DNA from: Acidimicrobiia bacterium
GTDB taxonomy: Bacteria; Actinomycetota; Acidimicrobiia; IMCC26256; DASPTH01
Assembly: GCA_040880805.1 (NCBI GenBank)
Contig: JBBDHW010000022.1
Location: 1 to 54,179 of the forward strand
Length of the DNA: 54,179 nt
Direction of reading: 5' to 3'
Part shown: positions 1 through 9,395 of the stretch, one piece after another
Layout: each line of letters begins with the position of its first letter
How positions within the stretch are numbered: position 1 is the stretch's first letter
Program-made: the position numbers and the translations under genes
Notes under the pieces: generated by a model
What the model saw: only the letters and a program-made list of their open reading frames with translations
Database searches by the model: none
Told to the model about the DNA's origin: nothing

Positions 1-43
1 ACACACCGATTCTCATCCGCCGAGAGCGGCCCCGCCAGGGGCC

Positions 44-1159
44 ATGGGAGCTAACTCCGGATCGAGTGATTCGAGGTCGTGGCGAAGCGCCCTGCGCGCG
101 CGAAGATCCAATCCATCCGGGACGTGGAGGTTCGTGGTGCCGCCGACGCGCGCTGAGCTCGCACTAGAGATCGCGGCTCGCGCGGGCGAGTCCTTCGTAA
201 TCGACGATGCTGCAAATGGCTGGCCGGCGCTCGGCCGGGTCGCATCACCGGATGGAGATATCCCTGTCGCTCTTTTCGCCGCTCCAGTCGGCCTTTCCCA
301 TCGCGGCCGTGATGAGGTCGAGCGGCGATTCCAAAATCCGGCCGCAAACGCGCAAGAGCATGCGGACTTGGGCTGGAATGGGCGGCCACTCATCGTGCCG
401 CCCGACCGGGTACCACTTCTCGTCGGAGCTTGGCTCGATGATGGCCTGATCGAGATAGCTCATCCCGTGTTCGTGTTGGCGGATGCGCGCAAGCGCGAGG
501 GCTTGACGACCCGACACTCGATGTTCGTGCGCGTCGATGCGCTCGTCGAATGCGTCGCAGCTGGGTGGAGCGAGAATGTCAACACCGACGGCGAAGTGAT
601 GCCGTGCTTGTATCCGGAGCTTCTTCCGGCCATGGCCGAGGCGGCGGCGGCCGATGTTGCCCTTCCATTTGACGAGGTGGCGCTCGCTGTCGAAGCCGCC
701 GGCGTGGCGGCCGGCGCGGATGACTCACCAGTCGAGCGCGGTCGTCGATCAGTCAGTTCCATCGTTCGCGATGCTCGCTTCTCACGCTCGGTCATCGACG
801 CTTACGAGGGGCTCTGCGCGATGTGCGGGCTCGATCTCGGCCTGGTTCAAGGGGCCCACATCTATCCGGCGTCGGCCCCCGCGTCGCCGGATGAGGTCAC
901 GAACGGCCTGTGCCTGTGCAGCAATCACCATGCTGCGTTCGATCGCCATCTCATCTGGATCGATCCGACGACTCGAACCGTGAAGTTGAGCCCGGAGATC
1001 CTCGAGCAAGCCGGGGTGAATGGATCGGCGGCGGCCTTCGTGGATTCCACCCTCGACGTGCTCACGGAACCCGTGATCGCCGCCGCGCGTCCCCTTGCCG
1101 CCATGTTCGACGCGCGGTATTCGTACTTCGAGACGCGCTATGACTGGGCTGCGATGTGA
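44..1159 (+). CDS. HNH-family endonuclease, putative restriction endonuclease; start uncertain
   Basis: C-terminal motif RDxRFSRxV..Y...CAMCG...GAHIYP....NGLCLCSNHHAAFD is a classic HNH/zinc-finger nuclease signature (COG3440-like predicted restriction endonuclease). The gene is convergent with and 7 bp from a C5-methyltransferase gene. Confidence 0.6.
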   Translation: MGANSGSSDSRSWRSALRARRSNPSGTWRFVVPPTRAELALEIAARAGESFVIDDAANGWPALGRVASPDGDIPVALFAAPVGLSHRGRDEVERRFQNPAANAQEHADLGWNGRPLIVPPDRVPLLVGAWLDDGLIEIAHPVFVLADARKREGLTTRHSMFVRVDALVECVAAGWSENVNTDGEVMPCLYPELLPAMAEAAAADVALPFDEVALAVEAAGVAAGADDSPVERGRRSVSSIVRDARFSRSVIDAYEGLCAMCGLDLGLVQGAHIYPASAPASPDEVTNGLCLCSNHHAAFDRHLIWIDPTTRTVKLSPEILEQAGVNGSAAAFVDSTLDVLTEPVIAAARPLAAMFDARYSYFETRYDWAAM

Positions 1160-1166
1160 TTGTTGA

Positions 1167-2252
1167 TCACGTCGCAGCGACGAGGGCTTCCGCGACCTGT
1201 CGAGCAAGCAAGGGCGGTACGCAGTTACCGATCTGTGACTGGATCGAAATGCGCCTTCCGACGAACTCGTAATCATCGGGGAACGTGAAAAGGCGTCGGA
1301 GCTCGGGTACTCGGAGCCGGCGGTTCTCCCAGTGAAACGGACCAACGTTTGGGCCGGGTTGGGCCTGAATTGTTGGCGCGGGCCGATCGGGGTCGAGCTT
1401 GAGCAAGAAGGACCAGTAGCGAGACCGCCACTTGAAGATCGGCTCGGGGTGTCCGCGCTCTTCGGTGAAGTACAAGTAGTTGTCACCGGGCGGGATGTCG
1501 GGAAGCAGATGGCCCCACTGTCCCCGAACAACCTCGTCCGATTCCGGTTGCGTGGCTAGCCCCTTGAGCGCTTGACCAGCCGTCGCATGCGGAAGCGGGC
1601 CGCCCTGGGTCACCCGGCGCTCCCACTGGCCGTGGTGGGTTGGCTCAGGGAGCTCGGGCAGCCGGTCGCGCTTTCGTGACCCGACGATGAACAGCCGTGG
1701 CCGCGCCTGCGGCACGCCATAGTCGGCAGCGTTCAGCACCCTCCACTGAAACTGGTAGCCCGCCTGATCAATCTCCTTGAGCAGGCGCTCGAACGCGGGC
1801 TTGCTCGCCTTGTTGTTGAAGGTCAGGGCGTACACGTTCTCGAGGATGAAGAAGCGCGGCTTCGCCTCTGCGAGCACCCTTGTGTATGCCTGCAGCAGGC
1901 TGGCAGCGGGATCCACGCCGTCACGCTTCCAGTCGAGCCAGAACCCAGACTTGGAGAACGCGACGCAAGGCGGCCCACCGACGAGAAGGTCTGGACGATT
2001 CCGGGTGCTGAGTCCTCCGGCCTTGAGGATGTCCCGCGTCGTGACGCCGTCGTCGTTCCCCGCAGCGAGCGGGTAGAGGTTCTCGCGCATGACTTCACGG
2101 AGCTGCGGAAAGTAGGTCGGCGCGTTCTTCTCCATCGAGTCGGCCGCGTCAGCGTCCCACTCAACGGCGGCGACCGTCTGGAAGCCGCCCTCTTCGATGC
2201 CGAGATCGAGGCCCCCTGCGCCCGAGAACAAGGAGATGGCCGCTCCGCTCAT
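1167..2252 (-). CDS. dcm: DNA (cytosine-5)-methyltransferase
   Basis: Motif I FSGAGGLDLG, PC motif GGPPCVAFS and ENV motif FFILENV are present. The start is taken at MSGAAISLF (rc CAT at 2250-2252). The ORF track extends the frame by 45 codons upstream. Confidence 0.85.
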   Translation of the reverse strand: MSGAAISLFSGAGGLDLGIEEGGFQTVAAVEWDADAADSMEKNAPTYFPQLREVMRENLYPLAAGNDDGVTTRDILKAGGLSTRNRPDLLVGGPPCVAFSKSGFWLDWKRDGVDPAASLLQAYTRVLAEAKPRFFILENVYALTFNNKASKPAFERLLKEIDQAGYQFQWRVLNAADYGVPQARPRLFIVGSRKRDRLPELPEPTHHGQWERRVTQGGPLPHATAGQALKGLATQPESDEVVRGQWGHLLPDIPPGDNYLYFTEERGHPEPIFKWRSRYWSFLLKLDPDRPAPTIQAQPGPNVGPFHWENRRLRVPELRRLFTFPDDYEFVGRRISIQSQIGNCVPPLLARQVAEALVAAT

Positions 2253-2377
2253 GCCGTCATTCTGACGGGCGAACGGCTTCGACCCGCGCATCCTGGCAAG
2301 CGGGAGACGTAGCTGCTGGTCGGTGCACTGGAGCTCCTCCGTGGATCGCCTCATGGCGCGTAGTAGACCCTGAGGGT
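2253..2377. promoter_or_regulatory. Divergent intergenic region between dcm and vsr (likely promoters)
   Basis: 125-bp gap between divergently oriented start codons. No specific -10/-35 assignment is made. Confidence 0.3.
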
Positions 2378-2899
2378 GTGACAGCAAAGCCTGGAATCAC
2401 GGCACGGGCTGAAGCTGCTCGCGGCCGAACGGTGGCTCTTGGCGGCGGCAAGCGTGTTCCCTATCCGGTGCCGACGAACGCTGCGGCAACGCGCGTTGGT
2501 GAGGGAAACAAGCGCAAGGACACGATCCCTGAGGTCAGGCTCCGGTCGGACCTCCACGGTCGCGGGCTGCGATTCCGCAAGGATCTCCCGCTGGTTGTCG
2601 AAGGACGAAAGGTTCGTCCAGACGTCGTCTTCACGCGCGCGAGAGTCGCCGTGTTCGTCGACGGCTGCTTCTGGCACGGCTGTCCCGTGCACGGGAGGAT
2701 GCCGCGGTCCAATGCTGGTTACTGGGTGCCGAAGCTGCGCCGCAACGTTGAGCGCGATCGTCAGATCGATGAAGACCTTGCCCGGGCAGGATGGACCGTC
2801 GTTCGGGTGTGGGAGCACGAGAACGCGGAGGAGGCTGCGTCGCGCATCGGATCCCTGGTGTGCGAAGGACGCGACGCCGGGGGGCGGGCAGCGGGCTGA
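2378..2899 (+). CDS. vsr: Very short patch repair endonuclease
   Basis: FVDGCFWHGCP and WEHE motifs are present, with overall similarity to E. coli Vsr. The gene is adjacent to dcm, as in known dcm-vsr pairs. The N-terminal start is uncertain. Confidence 0.8.
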   Translation: MTAKPGITARAEAARGRTVALGGGKRVPYPVPTNAAATRVGEGNKRKDTIPEVRLRSDLHGRGLRFRKDLPLVVEGRKVRPDVVFTRARVAVFVDGCFWHGCPVHGRMPRSNAGYWVPKLRRNVERDRQIDEDLARAGWTVVRVWEHENAEEAASRIGSLVCEGRDAGGRAAG

Positions 2900-2940
2900 C
2901 GTGCGCGGCGGCTGCCGCTCGCCGCATTGGTCAGACCTCG

Positions 2941-3120
2941 TCCCGAACATCACTCAGAACAAGTGTCCAACCACCCCGCCCAACCACCACCCACCGACCA
3001 AACCCCGAGAACCACCCCACCGCGAAACCGAAGAGCCAACCCACCATCCCGACCCCAAGCCAACCGAGACCCCACCACTCCAAGCCATCCCAACTCACGA
3101 AATCAGCAGAGACACACTTC
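2941..3120 (+). repeat. Strand-asymmetric CA-rich low-complexity tract (CCACC/CAACC motifs), non-coding
   Basis: About 180 bp with almost no T and few G on the + strand. It is composed of repeated CCACC, CAACC and CCCAC pentamers. The only ORF there (2927..3142) encodes a PQT-rich low-complexity peptide. Confidence 0.5.
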
Positions 3121-3143
3121 TCAGTTCCGCAGGCGGAACTGAG
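3120..3143 (+). terminator. Perfect 10-bp stem / 4-nt loop hairpin (ctcagttccg-cagg-cggaactgag)
   Basis: The inverted repeat is seen directly in the sequence. It sits about 220 nt downstream of the vsr stop, with no U-tract, so it is a factor-independent-like structure of uncertain role. Confidence 0.35.
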
Positions 3144-3366
3144 CGGGAGTAATTCTGGGAGTAGTCATCCGGGCGGCGCGGGCACGGTGACGAGCGTGAT
3201 GGTCGCTCCGCTTCCGGCAGGCAGGTGCGCGCACGCGATGCGGCCCGCGATCGCCGCGCGCGTCGTCAGCATGCGCGACAACGACAGGTGTTGAACGCTC
3301 GTGAGGAATCGCGACGAAGAAATCGCCGATCCGGGAGTAGTTCCGGGAGTAATTCCGGGAGTAGTC
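3144..3366. repeat. Five copies of a 12-bp motif (C/T)GGGAGTA(A/G)T(T/C): two at 3144-3167 and three tandem at 3331-3366, flanking the region upstream of xis
   Basis: cgggagtaattc and tgggagtagtca are followed about 165 bp later by ccgggagtagtt, ccgggagtaatt and ccgggagtagtc. The copies are directly repeated. These are candidate operator or arm-type binding sites for Xis or integrase. Confidence 0.6.
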
Positions 3367-3375
3367 GAGCGCAGG

Positions 3376-3594
3376 ATGCCGCGCATGGACACGAATCGAC
3401 TCAGTGACGAGCGGCGGTTGCTCCGGCCGGACGAGCTGGCATTGCTCCTCGGGATCCCGCTTGCGACGATCTACCGCTGGCGTAGCCGCGGCGACGGGCC
3501 GCCGGGCATCCGCGTCGGGCGGCACGTCCGGTACCGGCTCGAGGACGTCGACCGCTGGCTCGACGAGCAGCGCGACCGGCACACTCGAGCCTGA
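3376..3594 (+). CDS. xis: Excisionase-like / MerR-type HTH DNA-binding protein (Xis family)
   Basis: The small protein (PDELALLLGIPLATIYRWRSRGDGPPGIRVGRHVRYRLEDVDRWL) matches AlpA/Xis HTH_17-type excisionases. Its stop lies 2 nt before the integrase GTG start. Confidence 0.6.
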   Translation: MPRMDTNRLSDERRLLRPDELALLLGIPLATIYRWRSRGDGPPGIRVGRHVRYRLEDVDRWLDEQRDRHTRA

Positions 3595-3596
3595 CC

Positions 3597-4700
3597 GTGG
3601 CTCACATCGAGAAGCGGAACCGGGGCGGCCGAACCTCGTGGCGCGCTCGCTACCGCGCGCCCGACGGTTCAGAGCGCTCGCGCAGCTTCGTCAAGAAGAG
3701 CGACGCCGAGCAGTGGCTCGACACCGTCCGCGGCGACCTCGCGCACGGGACTTACGTCGACCCTGCCGGCGGCAAGAAGCGCTTCGGCGAGTACGGGCGC
3801 GAATGGCAGGCGACGCGCGTGCATCGACCGTCGACCGAGGTTCAGGTCGACTCGCACTTGCGGCTGCACGTCTTGCCCCGGTTCGAGGATCGGCCGATCG
3901 GATCGATCCGGCGCTCGGAGATCCAGGCGTTCGTCAAGGAGCTCTCGACGAAGATGCAGCCGTCGACCGTCGAGGTCGTGTACCGGCACCTCGCATCGAT
4001 CTTCAAGAGCGCCGTCGCCGACCGACTCATCGCGGTGAGCCCGTGCGATCGCATCTCTCTGCCGAAGATCGACCGGAAGCGCGTCCAACCGCTCGAGACA
4101 GACGTCGTGCTCGCAATCGCCGACGCGCTCCCGGGCCGCTACCGAGCGCTCGTCGTGCTCGCCGCCGGCACCGGCCTCCGGCAGGGCGAGGCCTTCGGGC
4201 TCAGCGTCCCGCACGTCGATTTCCTCCGCCGGCGGCTCGAAGTCGTCCAGCAGCTCGTGCTCGTGCAGAACCGGCCGCCCTTCATCGCGCCGCCCAAGAC
4301 CGACGCAAGCGTGCGATCGATCCCGCTTCCGCAGTCCGTCGCCGACGCGCTCGCCCGGCACCTCGAACGATTCCCGCCGAACGAGACCCAGCTCCTCTTC
4401 ACCAACGAGAAGGGCGAGCCGATCAGCCGGACCCGCTTCTCCGACCCGTGGCGCAAGGCGGTGAAGGCGTCGCACGCGCCAACCGGCACCGGCTTCCACT
4501 CGCTCCGCCACTACTACGCATCGCTACTGATCCGACACGGCGAATCGGTGAAGGTCGTCCAAGCGAGACTCGGGCACGCGAGCGCGGCCGAGACCCTCGA
4601 CACGTACTCACACCTCTGGCCCGACAGTGAAGACAAGACACGCGAAGCGGTCGACGCGGTGCTCAACATCTCGCGGCCCGACCGCGTCCCACGGTCGGTC
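3597..4700 (+). CDS. int: Tyrosine-type site-specific integrase; true C-terminus uncertain because the ORF has no in-frame stop until 5780
   Basis: N-terminal arm-binding region, then R...HxLRH...catalytic Y (HSLRHYYASLL...LGHASAAETLDTYSHLW). The catalytic Tyr lies about 20 codons before the rnpB 3' end. The remaining 360 codons of the ORF overlap rnpB and a neighbouring gene and are not integrase-like. Confidence 0.8.
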
Positions 4701-4725
4701 CTGACCTACGTTTCCGCAGGTCAGG
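4700..4725 (-). terminator. 8-bp stem hairpin immediately 3' of rnpB (cctgacct-N10-aggtcagg)
   Basis: Inverted repeat directly downstream (minus strand) of the rnpB P1 3' strand. It may be a terminator or processing structure, or part of an att core. Confidence 0.35.
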
Positions 4726-4729
4726 ACCG

Positions 4730-5117
<388 letters not shown>

Positions 5118-5156
5118 ACGCAAGTTTACGACGCTCGCGCAGGCCGCGTTCCTGAT

Positions 5157-5630
5157 TCACAGCTTTCTGCGTGCGACGGCCCCTGCGCCGATCCAGCCGC
5201 CGAGCATGCCGAGTGCCGCCGCGATGACGATGTGGCCGAAGATCTGCCCGGGACGCAGCACCGCCGAGTGGCCGCTGAACAGTCCCTTGTTCTCGTCGCG
5301 CGCGACCCAGATGAGGGTCCGCACCGGGATCCACAGCACGAACGCGCCGAGGCCCGCGAGCGTCCCGTTCGTCAGCGCGCCGTCGGGAGCGCGGCGCCCC
5401 GCGACGAAACCGCCCACCGCGTAGCTCACGATCACGCCGACAAACAGCGGGTAGATCCATCCGCTGTCGTCGAAGTCGTCGAGGTAGTGGTCGAGGATCG
5501 CCGCGATCACGCTCAACGTGACCAGCAGTACGAGACCAACGAGCGCGCCGACCAACACGGCGCGCCACTGGATCACCGACGACTCCCCGGTAGGCACCGC
5601 TGGGGTGGGCGCGTCGTCCGACATGGTCAT
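5157..5630 (-). CDS. Hypothetical membrane protein (about 4 TM)
   Basis: Hydrophobic segments are present. Its start overlaps the upstream CaCA stop by 4 nt, indicating an operon. Confidence 0.55.
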   Translation of the reverse strand: MTMSDDAPTPAVPTGESSVIQWRAVLVGALVGLVLLVTLSVIAAILDHYLDDFDDSGWIYPLFVGVIVSYAVGGFVAGRRAPDGALTNGTLAGLGAFVLWIPVRTLIWVARDENKGLFSGHSAVLRPGQIFGHIVIAAALGMLGGWIGAGAVARRKL

Positions 5631-6973
5631 GATGATGCCCCGCGCGGTGCAGGTGCCGCGGAGGCGGCGTCGGGCTCCTCGTGGAAGAGCTCGCCGACCG
5701 GTTCGAGGAGGCCGTCGCGGGCGAGCGGCTTCAGGAAACGCCGTTGCTGGAACATGATCACCGCGGCGAGCACGAGGTAGATGATGCCCACGGTGATGCG
5801 CTCGAGCTCGCGCAGGTCACCGGGCAGCACACCGCCGAGCACGAACTGACCGAGGAAGAGGCCGAGCAGCGCGAGCGCCTCCTTGACACTGATGCTCCGG
5901 CTCACGAGCACCGCGATCGCGAACACCGACTGCGCGGCGGTGAGGAACAGCTCCTCACGCTGCCGTGGGTCGAGCGGAAGCCCCGACAGATGCCCGGCGG
6001 AGATCGCGAACACGATGGGAAGCGAGCCCACGAGCAGGGTCCACTGGTTCAGCTTCGACGACAGCAGCGTGCCGAAGCCCGCACTCGTCTGGAGTCGCCA
6101 CGCGAACATCCCGGCGACGATGAGCTCCGGCGCTTCGGAGGCGAGCGGCGCGACCCACTGGACGAGCAGGAACGTGCTGATACCTGCCTGCTCGCCGAGA
6201 TGCACGAGTGACTCGGCGAACGGCTCCGCGCAGGCAAAGATCGCGAACGCCGCGTACACGAGCAGCGCGCCGACGACGGTGCGACGGCGGTTGGGCGTGA
6301 GGGTGGCGATGAGCTTCGCCGGTCCCACGAGATGGGGTTCTTCCGACGGGGACCGGGCGATGCGCACGACGAACACCACGAAGATCCCGATCAGGATGAC
6401 GGCATCGACGAGTGTCAGCGTGCGCTTCAGGGGGAGGGTGAGCGAATAGAGGGTCGCGATCGCGAGGAACGCGATCTCGATCGCATGGGGACGCTCGAGC
6501 TTCACGTCGGTGTCGATCTCGCCCGTGTACCCGCTCCGGCGCGCGATGCGCGTCATGCGCCAGGCGGCGATGAGCACGACCATCGACCAGCCGAGGCCGA
6601 TCAGCAGCCGGTTCGATCCGGTCATGTTGGCGAGTGCGAGGGGAGCGAACTTGTCGGGATCCTCCCCGGCCTTCCACGCGAAGGTGAAGTCGACCGCGTA
6701 CTCGGGGAGCACGGCGATGAGCGCGAGCACGGTGAGGGCGAGGCCTTGCGACACGTCGAGCTGGAGCACCTCGGCAGCCCAGGCGAGCAGGAAGGCCGAT
6801 CCGAGGATGGCGAGCCCGAAGACCACCGGGGCCACGACGTCCGGGAGGCCGGCACCGGCCAGGCGGGCGATCAGCCCGGGGAGTGTGACCGCTACCGCCC
6901 CCCCGATGGCCAGAGAGTTCCCGAGCCGGCGCGTCGGGGTCTCGGGTTGAGCGGGGGTCATATCCCGCTGCAT
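5627..6973 (-). CDS. Ca2+/cation antiporter (CaCA family sodium:calcium exchanger-like)
   Basis: Two internally repeated membrane halves (alpha-repeat-like GSNRLLIGLGWSMVV ... SKLNQWTLLVGSLPIVF) are typical of CaCA / YrbG-type exchangers. Confidence 0.7.
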   Translation of the reverse strand: MQRDMTPAQPETPTRRLGNSLAIGGAVAVTLPGLIARLAGAGLPDVVAPVVFGLAILGSAFLLAWAAEVLQLDVSQGLALTVLALIAVLPEYAVDFTFAWKAGEDPDKFAPLALANMTGSNRLLIGLGWSMVVLIAAWRMTRIARRSGYTGEIDTDVKLERPHAIEIAFLAIATLYSLTLPLKRTLTLVDAVILIGIFVVFVVRIARSPSEEPHLVGPAKLIATLTPNRRRTVVGALLVYAAFAIFACAEPFAESLVHLGEQAGISTFLLVQWVAPLASEAPELIVAGMFAWRLQTSAGFGTLLSSKLNQWTLLVGSLPIVFAISAGHLSGLPLDPRQREELFLTAAQSVFAIAVLVSRSISVKEALALLGLFLGQFVLGGVLPGDLRELERITVGIIYLVLAAVIMFQQRRFLKPLARDGLLEPVGELFHEEPDAASAAPAPRGASS

Positions 6974-7116
6974 CCTACGGGTCGAGGGTCGAAGCGGGCG
7001 CTCACATCGGGCGGGAATCGGTCGATTCGACTCAGGATGGCGGGAAGACGAGCCGAAGCTTCATCGTGAGATCCATGCTCCGGGCGAGCCGGAGCAGGAC
7101 CGAGAAGGCGCCACCG

Positions 7117-7344
7117 ATGACCCAGCATTGGCGACAGTACGCCCGATGTCTCGGGGCCGACCCCGAGCTCTTCTACCCCGCGTCCGACGACGCAGCTGCG
7201 GCGAAGAGCATCTGCGCGGTCTGTCCCGTGCGCGAGCCGTGCCTCGACCACGCGATCACCGCTCGCGAGAAGCAGGGCGTGTGGGGCGGGCTCACCGAGA
7301 AGGAACGCCGCCGCCTCATTCGCCAGCGTCGCAAGACCGCCTGA
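7117..7344 (+). CDS. WhiB-family transcriptional regulator (Fe-S)
   Basis: Four Cys (ARCLG...SICAVCPVREPC) and a GVWGG motif are present, with a basic C-terminus. The start is taken at MTQHW inside the longer ORF. Confidence 0.85.
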   Translation: MTQHWRQYARCLGADPELFYPASDDAAAAKSICAVCPVREPCLDHAITAREKQGVWGGLTEKERRRLIRQRRKTA

Positions 7345-7412
7345 TCGAGCCCTCGAGCGGCTCGCAGTGAGTGAGCCGATGAAGTAGGCCCGCCGGTAAT
7401 GTCGTCGTCGAT

Positions 7413-8462
7413 ATGAGCGAAGCGCTCTGGCCCGACGCGATCGGGCGTCTGCTCCGGCGCGAGGAGCTTCCGGTCGAGCTCGTCGAACAGGTGATGACGG
7501 CGATCCTCTCGGGCGAGGCCACCGACGCGCAGATCGCCGGCTTCGCAGTCGCGCTCCGTTCGAAGGGCGAGACCGCCGCGGAGCTCGCCGCGCTCGTGCG
7601 CACCATGTTGCGCTTCGCCGAGCGCGTCGACCTCAGTGATGTCGACGGCCCGATCATCGACACGTGCGGCACCGGTGGTGATCGCGCCGGCACGGTGAAC
7701 GTCTCCACGATGGCCGCGTTGGTCGCGGCCGCGGCCGGTGCGCGCGTCGCGAAGCACGGTGGACGCGCCGCTTCGTCGCAATGCGGTTCGGCCGACGTGC
7801 TCGAGGCACTCGGTGTGGTGATCGACCTCGGTCCCGACGGCGTTGCGCGCAGCATCCGCGAGGTCGGGATCGGCTTCTGCTTCGCACCGCGCTTCCACGC
7901 CGGGCTGCGCTTCGCCGCAACCGCGCGCCGCGAGCTCGGTACGCCCACCACGTTCAACTTCGCCGCGCCGCTTGCCAACCCGGCCGGCGTCAAGCGGCAG
8001 ATCGTGGGCGTGTCCGACCCCACGATGGCCGACCGGCTGGTCGGAATGCTTGCAGAGCTCGGTGCCGAGCGAGCGCTGGTGTTCTACGGCCACGACGGGC
8101 TCGACGAGCTCACGGTCACGACGACCTCCACCGTCCACGAGCTGCGCGACGGCGCGATCAGTGTGTACGACGTCGACCCGACCGCTCTCGGGATCCCGCA
8201 CGCCGACCTCACCGCGCTGGCCGGCGGTGACGCGGCCGGCAACGCCGAGGTGGTGCACAAGGTGCTCGCCGGTGCGAAGGGACCGATCCGCGACATCGTC
8301 TCGTTGAACGCCGCGGCGGCACTGCTCGTTGCCGAACTCGTTCCCGACCTCGGCGCGGGAGTCGAGCTTGCGGGCGCGATCCTCGACGACGGGCGCGCGG
8401 CCGCGACCCTCGATGCGCTCGTGCGCGTCACCGTTGCGGCACGAGAGTCCGGTGACACCTGA
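7413..8462 (+). CDS. trpD: Anthranilate phosphoribosyltransferase
   Basis: CGTGGD motif with KHGGRAASSQCGSADVLEALG and similarity to TrpD across the full length. Confidence 0.9.
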   Translation: MSEALWPDAIGRLLRREELPVELVEQVMTAILSGEATDAQIAGFAVALRSKGETAAELAALVRTMLRFAERVDLSDVDGPIIDTCGTGGDRAGTVNVSTMAALVAAAAGARVAKHGGRAASSQCGSADVLEALGVVIDLGPDGVARSIREVGIGFCFAPRFHAGLRFAATARRELGTPTTFNFAAPLANPAGVKRQIVGVSDPTMADRLVGMLAELGAERALVFYGHDGLDELTVTTTSTVHELRDGAISVYDVDPTALGIPHADLTALAGGDAAGNAEVVHKVLAGAKGPIRDIVSLNAAAALLVAELVPDLGAGVELAGAILDDGRAAATLDALVRVTVAARESGDT

Positions 8463-9052
8463 TGGCGAAGGCGCTCGAGTGCCCCGCGTGTGGCGCGAAG
8501 CACCGGCTCGACGACCTCGAGCCGGCGTCTACATTCCGATGCGAACGCTGCGGGCAGACACTCAAGGTGCCCGCCGCGGTCGCGGCGTCGAGCGGCGCCT
8601 CAGCGATCGCGCCACCGCCGCGCCGGCGCGCGCCGGGTATCCCTCCCGCGCGTGAGGTCATCGCGGTGAGCGCGACCGTGTCCGCGACCGACAGCGACGG
8701 CCGACCGCCCGCGTCGGCACCGTCGAAGCGGTCTCCTGCGGCTTCCGCCCCGCGCCGTCGCGTCCGCTGGTACTGGCGTTTCGTCGCGTGGCTGGTCGCG
8801 GTGCCCCTCGGCTTCATGATCACGGCGTGGCCCGCGTACGAGTTCGAGCTCATCAAGAAGAACGACGTGCTCGACGTCTTCGTGGGTTCGGGTACCGACC
8901 GGTACACGCGTCTCGCCGTCGGCACTCTCATCTGGGCGCTGGTCACCGCGTTGCTCGTGCAGTCGTTCATCGAGGGCGGGCGCTCGTGGGCCCAACGGCG
9001 CCGACGGCGACACGACACTGCGGCGTTCGGCAGCGTGGGCGCCTCCGGGTAG
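8462..9052 (+). CDS. Hypothetical zinc-ribbon protein with C-terminal TM segments
   Basis: N-terminal CPACG...CERCG zinc ribbon. Its start overlaps the trpD stop (ATGA). C-terminal hydrophobic helices are present. Confidence 0.55.
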   Translation: MAKALECPACGAKHRLDDLEPASTFRCERCGQTLKVPAAVAASSGASAIAPPPRRRAPGIPPAREVIAVSATVSATDSDGRPPASAPSKRSPAASAPRRRVRWYWRFVAWLVAVPLGFMITAWPAYEFELIKKNDVLDVFVGSGTDRYTRLAVGTLIWALVTALLVQSFIEGGRSWAQRRRRRHDTAAFGSVGASG

Positions 9053-9057
9053 CGGCC

Positions 9058-9366
9058 GTGCCGGATAACGGTGTATCGGCGCGTTATCGCTGCTCCGGGT
9101 GCGGCAACCTCACGCGCTTCGACGTCGTCTCGTCGCGGCGGACGCGCGCGTTCCACCACTTCAGCGTGGGCGGCGACCTCTCGATCGAGGGGGAAGAGGT
9201 CCTCGACGCCCGGGTGGAAGAGGTCACGTGCCGATGGTGCGGGGCTTCCGGAGCGTCGATCGAGGAGATCCCCGTCGACGAGGTGCCGGTTGACGAAGTG
9301 CCGGTTGACGAGATGCCGGTTGACGAGATGCCGGTTGACGAGATGCCGGTCGAGGCCGTCGAATAA
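9058..9366 (+). CDS. Small zinc-ribbon protein with an acidic tandem-repeat tail (VDE[VM]P)n
   Basis: GTG start. Two CxxC pairs (CSGCG ... CRWCG). The tail is encoded by a 15-bp tandem repeat. Confidence 0.5.
   Translation: MPDNGVSARYRCSGCGNLTRFDVVSSRRTRAFHHFSVGGDLSIEGEEVLDARVEEVTCRWCGASGASIEEIPVDEVPVDEVPVDEMPVDEMPVDEMPVEAVE
9271..9360 (+). repeat. 15-bp tandem repeat of about 6 copies (ccggttgacgagatg and variants)
   Basis: Direct repeats seen in the sequence. They are in frame and encode PVDEVP/PVDEMP units. Confidence 0.8.
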
Positions 9367-9395
9367 GTGTCGTACCCTCGTGTGATGCTCTCGGC

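Noticed and set aside
2927-3142. 71-aa ORF in the CA-rich tract
   Set aside because: Low-complexity P/Q/T/N peptide produced by the repetitive CCACC DNA. No start context.
3669-4511. 280-aa minus-strand ORF antisense to the integrase
   Set aside because: It lies entirely inside the integrase gene, has no features and is in a GC-rich frame.
5130-5160. Possible rnpB promoter (TAAACT -10-like hexamer about 7 nt upstream of the predicted 5' end)
   Set aside because: Too weakly defined to call. It overlaps the stop region of the upstream membrane-protein gene, and no clear -35 element is present.
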